Assembly (NCBI GenBank): GCA_965219345.1
Contig: OZ244732.1
Location: 160,001-224,000, forward strand
DNA from: Nitrosopumilus sp.
Lineage (GTDB): Archaea > Thermoproteota > Nitrososphaeria > Nitrososphaerales > Nitrosopumilaceae
Direction of reading: 5' to 3'
Length of the DNA stretch: 64,000 nucleotides
This document shows positions 55,984-64,000 of this stretch, one piece after another. Position numbers and translations under genes: made by a program. The notes under the pieces are model-generated. The model saw nothing but the letters and a program-made list of their open reading frames with translations. It ran no database searches and was not told the origin of the DNA. How positions within the stretch are numbered: position 1 is the stretch's first letter; each line of letters starts with the position of its first letter.

Positions 55984-56931
55984 TTGAAATCTAAAGCTTC
56001 TACACCAGGAAAAGTTATTCTTTTTGGAGAACATTTTGTAGTATATGGAGTAAGAGCAATTCTTTGCGCAATCAACAAAAGGGTTACCGTCACGGCAGAG
56101 AAGATTGAAGAAGAGAAAATTTCTATTAAATCAAATATAGGAGAATTAATTTTAGAGCCAAACAAGCCTATTTCAGAAATTGATTCCCCACTGAAACCAT
56201 TTTATTATTTAGCAAACAAAATGTTAGAAACACAAAATCAAACCACAGGGATTAAAATTACAGTGGAATCAGATATTCCAATTGGAGTAGGTTTGGGTTC
56301 ATCATCCGCTTGTTGTGTTGCAGGTGCTGCTGCAATTTCTAGATTATTTACAGAAACATCCAGGGAAGAAATTCTTGAACTTGCAATTGCAGCTGAAAAA
56401 ACAATTTTTCCAAATACTTCTGGAGCAGATTGTACTGTTTGTACATATGGAGGCATTATGGAATATGATAAGAAAAATGGATTTACCAAAATAAAATCTG
56501 AGCCTGATTTTCATCTAGTAATTACAAATTCAGACATAAAACATTCTACAAAATCAGTAGTCGCAGGAGTAAAACAATTTAAAGAAGAAAATGAAATAGA
56601 ATTTTCTAAGTTATGTAATGATGAATCCGAGTTAGTTGATGATGCTTTAAAATTATTAAATGACAATAACATTAAGGAATTGGGTCAGAAGATAATCCAA
56701 AATCAGGAATATCTTGAAACAATTGGAGTTTCAAATGAAAAATTGAGGGATATGATCCTGGTGGGACAAAAGTCATCGTTTGGGGCAAAAATTACTGGTG
56801 CAGGTGAGGGTGGATGTATCTTTTCCTTGACAGATGAATCAAATTTGAAACAAACCATCAGTCAATTCAAAGATAAGAATTACGAATGCTTTTCAGTAAA
56901 AATTGATTTCAAAGGACTGGATACTTTTTAA
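55984..56931 (+). CDS. mvk: Mevalonate kinase
   Basis: PGKVILFGEH, GLGSSSA, KITGAG. Confidence 0.93.
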   Translation: MKSKASTPGKVILFGEHFVVYGVRAILCAINKRVTVTAEKIEEEKISIKSNIGELILEPNKPISEIDSPLKPFYYLANKMLETQNQTTGIKITVESDIPIGVGLGSSSACCVAGAAAISRLFTETSREEILELAIAAEKTIFPNTSGADCTVCTYGGIMEYDKKNGFTKIKSEPDFHLVITNSDIKHSTKSVVAGVKQFKEENEIEFSKLCNDESELVDDALKLLNDNNIKELGQKIIQNQEYLETIGVSNEKLRDMILVGQKSSFGAKITGAGEGGCIFSLTDESNLKQTISQFKDKNYECFSVKIDFKGLDTF

Positions 56932-56954
56932 TTGACTACACAATTTGGAACAAC

Positions 56955-57707
56955 ATGATTCTAATAAAATTAGGCGGCTCAATTATCACAAATAAAGAAA
57001 AACCGTTGTCAGCTAGAAGAAAAACAATAAACAATCTTACTAAGAGTTTGAAGAAAATTAATGAGCCAATGATTATTGTTCATGGTGGCGGTTCCTATGG
57101 ACATTATTGGTCTGTAAAATTTGGTATGCATACTAAAGAAAGAAAGTATGATCTTAGAGGAGTTGCAATTGTAAAAAATTCAATGATTGAGTTAAACAAG
57201 ATAATTTTAGATTCATTATTAAAAAATAGATTAAATCCATATTGCCTTCCACCAACCTATTTTATGTCAGGAAATAAACCGATTTCAAAGAAAGTTAAAG
57301 AGGTTGAAAAAATTGCAAAATCAGGCTTAATTCCAGTCACATATGGAGATGCATTGTGGTATGGCCAGAAAAAAACATACATCTTATCAGGTGACAAGAT
57401 CATGACTCATCTTTCAAAAGTCCTAAAACCAAGACTTGGTATTTTTGTTCTAAATGAAGATGGATTGTATTCGGATCTCAAATCAAAAAAATTAATTTAT
57501 GAATTAAGGGGTAAACGTCCTTCAATTTCAGAAAATAAGATGGATGTTACCGGTGGAATGACTAGAAAAGTAAAGGAAGCATTAAAGATTTCAAAAATTG
57601 GAATGAATGTCTTTTTTGTAAATGGGAATAAACCTGAGAGAATTGTGAAGGCAGTTAGAAACAAAAAATTTGAAGGAACGTTGTTTAGGGGAAAAGGAAA
57701 TGTCTGA
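56955..57707 (+). CDS. ipk: Isopentenyl phosphate kinase
   Basis: KLGGSIIT, VHGGGSYGH, DVTGGM; isoprenoid cluster. Confidence 0.88.
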   Translation: MILIKLGGSIITNKEKPLSARRKTINNLTKSLKKINEPMIIVHGGGSYGHYWSVKFGMHTKERKYDLRGVAIVKNSMIELNKIILDSLLKNRLNPYCLPPTYFMSGNKPISKKVKEVEKIAKSGLIPVTYGDALWYGQKKTYILSGDKIMTHLSKVLKPRLGIFVLNEDGLYSDLKSKKLIYELRGKRPSISENKMDVTGGMTRKVKEALKISKIGMNVFFVNGNKPERIVKAVRNKKFEGTLFRGKGNV

Positions 57708-58350
57708 AGAATTTGTAATTTTAGTTGATGAAAATGATAATCCCATTGGTACTGAAGAAAAAGTAAAGTGTCATTTACCAAATGGTAAACTACACAGAGC
57801 ATTTACTACTTTATTGTTTAACAAGAATGGCAATCTGGTGCTTGCAAGACGAGCAAAAGAGAAGATGTTGTGGCCAGGTGATTGGGATGGTACATTTGCA
57901 AGTCATCCAAGAGAATCTGAAACTTATGTATCATCAGGAGAAAGAAGAATGCCAGAAGAATTAGGAATTGAAATAAAACTAGATTATTTGCACAAATTTG
58001 AATATCATGTGCCTTACAAAGATGTAGGTTCTGAGAATGAAATTTGTGGAACGTTAATAGGAATAATCGACGAAGTTTCAGAACCAAAAAAGATTGAGGG
58101 AGAAATAGATGAAATAAAATGGATTTCTGCAAAAAAGTTACTCTCAGAATTAAAGATAAATTCTCAAATATATTGTCCTTGGATGCTTATTGCTTTAGAA
58201 TTACTTAATAAATCTGAACAATCCATGCTCGAAAAGCATGAAAACGTCTTATCTACATGGATGAATAGTGAAGTTCATGAGGGATTGCTTGAAGCAATCA
58301 AGACTCATCTACCAAAAGATAAGTGGAGATTAGTAAATGAAAAAAACTAA
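57700..58350 (+). CDS. idi: Type 1 (NUDIX) isopentenyl-diphosphate isomerase
   Basis: ILVDEND, LHRAF, SHP, ENEIC. Confidence 0.88.
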   Translation: MSEEFVILVDENDNPIGTEEKVKCHLPNGKLHRAFTTLLFNKNGNLVLARRAKEKMLWPGDWDGTFASHPRESETYVSSGERRMPEELGIEIKLDYLHKFEYHVPYKDVGSENEICGTLIGIIDEVSEPKKIEGEIDEIKWISAKKLLSELKINSQIYCPWMLIALELLNKSEQSMLEKHENVLSTWMNSEVHEGLLEAIKTHLPKDKWRLVNEKN

Positions 58351-59317
58351 GCAAATCGAAAAAAATGCAAAAATAGTAAACAAGTATCTAAATTCAAAGC
58401 TAAAAGGAAATCCAAAGAAACTCTATGATGCAGCAGGGCATCTAATTATTCATGGTGGAAAAAGACTTAGACCATACATGGTAATTAGAAGTTGCCAAAT
58501 TTTAGGAGGAAAAGTTACCAATGCAATGCCAGCTGCAAGTGCTGTAGAAATGGTTCATAACTTTACTTTGGTTCATGATGACATCATGGATAATGATGAG
58601 ATGCGTCATGGGGTTCCAACTGTACATAAAAAATTTGGAATGCCAATTGCAATTATAGCCGGTGATGTTTTATTTTCAAAAGCATTTCAAATAATTACTG
58701 AATCAAAATTATCAGCAAATGCTACCACTAAATTAGTTTCTAGATTATCTAAAGCATGTGTGGATGTATGTGAAGGTCAGCTGTTGGATGTAAAAATGGC
58801 TGATGAAAAGAAAATTCCAACACAGTCAGAGTACATTACAATGATTTGCAAAAAAACTGCAGCATTATTTGACGTATCATGTGCAATGGGAGCTATCTGT
58901 GCTACAAACAAATCTAGTGACATTGCAAATCTCTCATCATTTGGAAGAAACTTGGGAATTTCATTTCAGATAACTGATGATCTCATAGGAGTAATGGGAG
59001 ACCCAAAAGTTACAAAGAAACCTGTTGGAAATGATCTTAGAGAAGGTAAAAAATCTCTTCCAATACTAATGGCAATAAAAACAGCAAAAGGTAAAAACAA
59101 AAAAATAATTCTAAAGGCATTTGGGAATTCCAAGGCAACAAGAAATGATCTAAACAAGGCGGTAAATGTAATTCGCTCTCTTGGAATTGAAAAAAATGTT
59201 AGAAAGCAGGCTCTAAAATATGCAAAAAAAGCTGAAAAATCATTGTCAAAATATTCAGGCTCTGCCAAAACAGAACTAATTGCATTATTGGATTTTGTGG
59301 TAAAGAGAAGCGTATAG
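58337..59317 (+). CDS. Geranylgeranyl diphosphate synthase
   Basis: GGKRLRP, HDDIMD, FQITDD. Confidence 0.92.
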   Translation: MKKTKQIEKNAKIVNKYLNSKLKGNPKKLYDAAGHLIIHGGKRLRPYMVIRSCQILGGKVTNAMPAASAVEMVHNFTLVHDDIMDNDEMRHGVPTVHKKFGMPIAIIAGDVLFSKAFQIITESKLSANATTKLVSRLSKACVDVCEGQLLDVKMADEKKIPTQSEYITMICKKTAALFDVSCAMGAICATNKSSDIANLSSFGRNLGISFQITDDLIGVMGDPKVTKKPVGNDLREGKKSLPILMAIKTAKGKNKKIILKAFGNSKATRNDLNKAVNVIRSLGIEKNVRKQALKYAKKAEKSLSKYSGSAKTELIALLDFVVKRSV

Positions 59318-59337
59318 TATCAATAGGTAGATCTAGT

Positions 59338-61047
59338 ATGGATGAAGAATTAAAAAAAGAAATTAGAAAAATGTCTCTTCAAAATGCATTTGAGCATGGG
59401 GGGCAAACTCAAGATAAAATAATTTTGGGAAAAATTCTTGGAATAAAGCCAGAATTTAGAACCAAAGTAAAGGAGATCACAGGAGACATTTCTGAAATTG
59501 TTTCAAGAGTTAATCAGTTATCATCTGAAGAACAGAAAAAAGAAATTGAAGAAAACTTTCCAGAAATTTTAATACCTAAAGAAAAAATTGAAGAAAGAGA
59601 AGGACTTCCAGAATTGGAAGGTGCTGAACAAGGAAAAGTTGTTACAAGATTTCCTCCTGAACCAAATGGTTATCCTCACATAGGACATGCAAAAGCTGTT
59701 ATCATTAATTCAGAATATGCAAAGATGTACGGTGGAAAATTTATTCTGAGAATGGATGATACAAATCCAGAAGCAGAGAGAATGGAGTATCATGCAGCCA
59801 TCAAAGTGGGACTAGAGTGGTTAGGAGTAAAATTTGATACAATAAAGAGCACTTCAGATGACATGGAATTATTTTATGAGAAAGGTATGGAATTAATAAA
59901 TTCTGGAAAAGCTTACGTTTGTACTTGTAATAGAGACAATATCAGCAAAAACAGAAGAGAAAGAAAACCATGTAAGTGTAGCATGGAGGATGTTGAAAAA
60001 AATAATAAAAATTGGGAAAAGATGCAAGTCAAATTCAAACCTGGTGATGCAATTGTAAGGTTTCGCGGAGATATGAAAGCAGACAATGCAGTCATGAGAG
60101 ATCCAGTATTGTTCAGAATTATTGACGAAAAGCATTACACATTAGGCGAAAAATATAGAATTTGGCCTAGTTATGATTTTGCTGTTGCAATTGAAGACAG
60201 TATTGATGGAATTACGCATGCTTTTCGTTCTAAAGAATTCGAACTAAGAAAAGAGCTAATTGACGCAATCTTAGATGCGTTAAACATGAGGAAACCATAC
60301 CAGGGATTTTTCTCCAGATTAGAATTCAAAGGAATGCCAATTTCAAAAAGAATCATCAAACCTTTGATTGAAGAAGGTAAGGTTTCATGGTATGATGATC
60401 CAAGACTGCCGACTCTTGAAGCGCTTAGAAGGAGAGGAATCAAACCTGAAGCCATCAAAAAATTCATCTTGTCATTAGGGTTTACCAAAGCAAATACTCT
60501 TGCACCATTTGATGCACTTGAAGCATTTAATCGAAAATTTGTAGATTCTGAAAGTATAAGGTTATTCATGGTCAGTAATGCAAAAAAATTGACAGTAAAA
60601 AATTTGTCAATCTCATCAATTGAAATTCCTAATCATCCAACTAATGATTTGGGAAAAAGAAAAATTGAGATTGATAATAATTTCTACATTTCTGGGGATG
60701 ATGCACAAAACATCAAACAAGGAATGCAGGTTAGACTTTTAGGATTAGGAAATGTTTCCATTACAAAAGATGGTGCAGAATTTGAAGGAGAGTTTATTGG
60801 TGAAGGTGAGATAGCAAACATACTAAAAATTCAATGGGTTCCGCAAAAAACAGCACATGAAATTAAAATGATTATTCCCAAAGTATTATTCAATGGAGAA
60901 GAGTTTAATGAAAAAAGTTTAGAAGAGTTAGATGTTTATACAGAACCACATTATCTGCAATTAAAAGAAGGAGATGAGATTCAATTTGTCAGATTTGGAT
61001 ATTGTAGAAAGGATTCACAGAATCAAGCAATTTTTACACACAAGTGA
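59338..61047 (+). CDS. gltX: Glutamyl-tRNA synthetase
   Basis: RFPPEPNGYPHIGH, DDPRLPT, QFVRFGY. Confidence 0.95.
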   Translation: MDEELKKEIRKMSLQNAFEHGGQTQDKIILGKILGIKPEFRTKVKEITGDISEIVSRVNQLSSEEQKKEIEENFPEILIPKEKIEEREGLPELEGAEQGKVVTRFPPEPNGYPHIGHAKAVIINSEYAKMYGGKFILRMDDTNPEAERMEYHAAIKVGLEWLGVKFDTIKSTSDDMELFYEKGMELINSGKAYVCTCNRDNISKNRRERKPCKCSMEDVEKNNKNWEKMQVKFKPGDAIVRFRGDMKADNAVMRDPVLFRIIDEKHYTLGEKYRIWPSYDFAVAIEDSIDGITHAFRSKEFELRKELIDAILDALNMRKPYQGFFSRLEFKGMPISKRIIKPLIEEGKVSWYDDPRLPTLEALRRRGIKPEAIKKFILSLGFTKANTLAPFDALEAFNRKFVDSESIRLFMVSNAKKLTVKNLSISSIEIPNHPTNDLGKRKIEIDNNFYISGDDAQNIKQGMQVRLLGLGNVSITKDGAEFEGEFIGEGEIANILKIQWVPQKTAHEIKMIIPKVLFNGEEFNEKSLEELDVYTEPHYLQLKEGDEIQFVRFGYCRKDSQNQAIFTHK

Positions 61048-61053
61048 TCAATT

Positions 61054-61923
61054 ATGAAAATAGCACGATTGTTAAATGGAAATAATGAGACATATGGTTT
61101 TGTTAAAGGCGACAAAGTAGCCACAAAAGATGAGATAATTTACCTAACAGGAGTCCCAATTCCGCTTAGTGTAAAAGATTTTCTTTTTGATGGATGGTAT
61201 GATGAAATTAAAAACAAGATTGAAGATTTGTCGTATGAAGAAAATCTTTCAGAATACAAAATATTAACGCCAATTGTAAATCCAAACAAAATAATCTGTT
61301 TGGCATTCAACTATAGGGACCATGCCAAAGAACAAGATCTGAAGGCACCAGAAGATCCGGTCATAGTAATGAAACCACGAACAGCACTTACTAGCACTGA
61401 TTCAAACATTGTATGCCCAGATTTTGTTACAAAATTAGACTACGAGATAGAACTAGCCGTAATAATTGGAAAAAACTGTAAAAATATCAGCATAGAAGAT
61501 GCTTCAAGTGCAGTATTTGGATATATGATATTCAATGACGTTTCAGCAAGAGACATTCAATTCAAGGACAAACAGTTTACTAGAGGAAAGAGTTTTGATA
61601 CATTTGCACCATGTGGGCCATGGATTACAACAGCTGATGAAATCCAAGATGTTCACAATCTAAAGTTGACAACCAAAATTAATGGAGAAATAAGACAGAA
61701 CTCTTCTACAAATAAAATGTTCATAAAAATCCCAGAAATTGTTTCAAAAATTTCTAAAGTCATGACTTTGGAAAGAGGTGACATTATTGCTACCGGAACA
61801 CCAGCAGGTGTAGCATTAAGGAATCCAAATGTAGAATTTTTGAAAGATGGAGACAGAATTGAGATGGAGATCGAATGTCTTGGAATTTTAAATAATACAA
61901 TAAAATTTGTTAAATCAGATTAA
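61054..61923 (+). CDS. Fumarylacetoacetate hydrolase family protein
   Basis: DYEIEL, NDVSARD, KSFDTF, TGTPAG. Confidence 0.92.
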   Translation: MKIARLLNGNNETYGFVKGDKVATKDEIIYLTGVPIPLSVKDFLFDGWYDEIKNKIEDLSYEENLSEYKILTPIVNPNKIICLAFNYRDHAKEQDLKAPEDPVIVMKPRTALTSTDSNIVCPDFVTKLDYEIELAVIIGKNCKNISIEDASSAVFGYMIFNDVSARDIQFKDKQFTRGKSFDTFAPCGPWITTADEIQDVHNLKLTTKINGEIRQNSSTNKMFIKIPEIVSKISKVMTLERGDIIATGTPAGVALRNPNVEFLKDGDRIEMEIECLGILNNTIKFVKSD

Positions 61924-62705
61924 GCTAAAGATTTCCTCATCAAATGAAATGAAATTCTATGTTCCAATAAATCAAAAAGTGGTAATTGTTCTTTAGTCAA
62001 AATTTGTATTCTTTCATAGTTTTTTTCAATACCATAATTTTGTAAAAAGGAAATTATTTGTAACGTATTGTTTTTTGAGCCTGAAAACAATGTAACAATT
62101 AAGGTTTTGTCAAAATGTTCGGAATCAGTAAGAATTGCTATTGAATTTTTGCCATCTAAATTAGATCTGATAATCTTATTTTGTTCATAAAATATAGATA
62201 GTGTGGCATCATCTACAGGAAGCCATCTCCAAGATTTTACATAATGGGAATGGAATTGACGATTTAAGAATTTTTCAAAATGAATATCATCATAATTTGA
62301 ATTTCTTTTTGGCATAAGAGAGTAGAAATTCCAAGTTTGAAATGTGTTATAATCTAAAGAGTTTGCCATTGTGACAGATGAAGTATTTTCAGTATCAATT
62401 AACATAAAGGAAAATGAAATATGCTTACCTTTTCCTATTGATTCAGCATGTTTTACTAGTTTAGATGCAATTTTTTGTCTACGAAAATGTGGATCAATCC
62501 TAATTCCTTCAATCCAAATTTGATCTCCTGAGAAAAATGCATGACAGATTCCCACTGGAGACTGTTTTTCAAATAGAAACAAATTACCTTCGCGTAACCA
62601 GGGGTCCCAAACTTGATCTATATAGTCTCCCCAAGAAAAAGTATCTTTACAAAATCTCAAAATTGGAGCTTTGTCTAAAGAATTTGCTTCTCTAATCATC
62701 GTCAT
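61920..62705 (-). CDS. GNAT-family acetyltransferase
   Basis: WIEGIRIDPHFRRQKIA acetyl-CoA motif. Confidence 0.85.
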   Translation of the reverse strand: MTMIREANSLDKAPILRFCKDTFSWGDYIDQVWDPWLREGNLFLFEKQSPVGICHAFFSGDQIWIEGIRIDPHFRRQKIASKLVKHAESIGKGKHISFSFMLIDTENTSSVTMANSLDYNTFQTWNFYSLMPKRNSNYDDIHFEKFLNRQFHSHYVKSWRWLPVDDATLSIFYEQNKIIRSNLDGKNSIAILTDSEHFDKTLIVTLFSGSKNNTLQIISFLQNYGIEKNYERIQILTKEQLPLFDLLEHRISFHLMRKSLA

Positions 62706-62750
62706 CACTTTGTATAAAAAAATATTAAGAACAATCAGATAAAAACTAAA

Positions 62751-63059
62751 TTGGGAAAAATTATAGCGGGTAAAATATCGGATATTCCTTCTGGAAAGAT
62801 GATCAAGGTGTCTATTGATGGAAAAGATATCTTGGTTGCAAATATTGATGGCAAATATTGTGCAACAGATGATACTTGTACTCATTCAGGTTCTAGTCTA
62901 TCGGAAGGGAAATTAGACGAATGTACAATCACATGTGGTTGGCATGGGGCACAATTTGATTGTAAAACTGGAAAATTAATTAAATTCCCGGCAAAAATTA
63001 GAGATTTGGCATCATACAGTGTCGTAGTAGAATCAGACACTGTGTTTGTGGAGATGTAA
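62751..63059 (+). CDS. Rieske [2Fe-2S] ferredoxin
   Basis: CTH...CGWH. Confidence 0.92.
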   Translation: MGKIIAGKISDIPSGKMIKVSIDGKDILVANIDGKYCATDDTCTHSGSSLSEGKLDECTITCGWHGAQFDCKTGKLIKFPAKIRDLASYSVVVESDTVFVEM

Positions 63060-63095
63060 CTATATACCTCTAATTTTTAAGAAAATGTGTAAAAA

Positions 63096-63365
63096 ATGGC
63101 AGACGACGCTCAAAATAAAGAATCGATGAAAGGTGCAATTGAAACATTGAATCTGATTGCTTCCAATAACTCTACTCCAAAGACAATAAAAAAATTAATT
63201 TCAGATTTGGTCGCAGATTTGAATAAAGACGAATATTCACTATCAGTAAGAGCGGCAAATACAATTAGTCTACTAGATGATATAACACAAGATCCTAACA
63301 TGCCTTCATACGTAAGAACACAGTTATGGCAGGCAGTTTCAAAATTAGAAAGCATAAGAGAATAA
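63096..63365 (+). CDS. UPF0147-family protein
   Basis: LLDDITQDPNMPSYVRTQLWQAVSKLE. Confidence 0.88.
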   Translation: MADDAQNKESMKGAIETLNLIASNNSTPKTIKKLISDLVADLNKDEYSLSVRAANTISLLDDITQDPNMPSYVRTQLWQAVSKLESIRE

Positions 63366-63390
63366 ATTCTCTCGTGTACAAATAATACCA

Positions 63391-64000
63391 TTGAAAATTG
63401 AAGAATATTTAGGAACACTTCCAGAAAATTTACTTAGTGGAGAAGATGTCCAGCTATCAGAAAAATCTTTTAGAGAAATTTTCAAGTTTGCAGATGTAGG
63501 CGAAAATGATGTTTTTTATCATTTAGGTTGTGGTAATGAAAAAGGAATAGAGATAGCAATAAATGAGTTCAAAGTGAAAAAAGCCGTAGGAATGGATAAC
63601 AATCCTGAAAAAATTCAACACGGAAAAGAAATTCTTAGACAAAAAAATATTCAAGGACAGCTAATTTGTAAGAATATAGAAGAATCAGACATCTCAGACG
63701 CTTCTGTAATTTTGTTTTGGTTTACAGATGATAAAGTGATTAATCAAATGTTGAAAAAATTTGAAAATCTAAAATTAGGAACAAAAATAATTACAATTTG
63801 GGGACCGCTTCCAGATTGTCTTCCAGATAAAGTAAATTTCCCATACATAATCAACAAAATACCTTTCAAAAAAGCACAAAGTATGCAAGAACAGGCATTA
63901 GCAATCTTTGGAGTAAAATGTATAGATTTTGTAACAGCATGGGAATTTGCAGAAAGATACACAAAATCCATTGGGACTCCTGAAATTAGAAATGATCGAT
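63391..64000 (+). CDS. SAM-dependent methyltransferase-like protein, 3'-truncated by the window edge
   Basis: TTG start; DVFYHLGCG motif; frame open to the end of the window. Confidence 0.75.
   Translation, partial: MKIEEYLGTLPENLLSGEDVQLSEKSFREIFKFADVGENDVFYHLGCGNEKGIEIAINEFKVKKAVGMDNNPEKIQHGKEILRQKNIQGQLICKNIEESDISDASVILFWFTDDKVINQMLKKFENLKLGTKIITIWGPLPDCLPDKVNFPYIINKIPFKKAQSMQEQALAIFGVKCIDFVTAWEFAERYTKSIGTPEIRNDR

Noticed and set aside
57700-58350. Type 1 IDI in an archaeon
   Set aside because: Already known for Thaumarchaeota and sits in the core isoprenoid cluster

Overview
Archaeal DNA that looks like Nitrosopumilaceae (ammonia-oxidising Nitrososphaerota/Thaumarchaeota). The AT-rich backbone carries core genes: rpl10/rpl1/rpl11/spt5/secE, rpl19e/rpl32e, pckA, sod, pfdA, ftsY, argF, rpl18-rps5-rpl30-rpl15-secY-adk-cmk-cbf5, glmS, cobT, rpoN-eno-rps2-mvk-ipk-idi-GGPPS-gltX, tRNA-Ser(GGA) with an intron, and tRNA-Leu(GAG). 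Four accessory regions interrupt it. (1) A 2-kb islet between argF and rpl18 has 13-bp direct repeats at its ends, a broken tyrosine integrase, and two divergent secreted-protein genes sharing a perfect 34-bp inverted repeat. (2) A decaying block after tRNA-Ser (TBP pseudogene, micro-ORFs) is followed by a GC-rich 15.6-kb gene for a ~5200-aa surface protein with ten Ig-like/5-blade beta-propeller modules, flanked by a G11 tract and a 53-bp alternating purine-pyrimidine tract. (3) A complete Liv-type ABC transporter. (4) An IS6-like element carrying a perfect four-box C/D guide RNA just upstream of its transposase; one guide is complementary to the element's own putative antitoxin-toxin cargo transcript. 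Region 4 is the best candidate for an undescribed system. The Liv cluster, giant surface protein and local pseudogenes suggest a host-associated (e.g. sponge) lifestyle, which is an inference. All calls are by eye; no searches were run.
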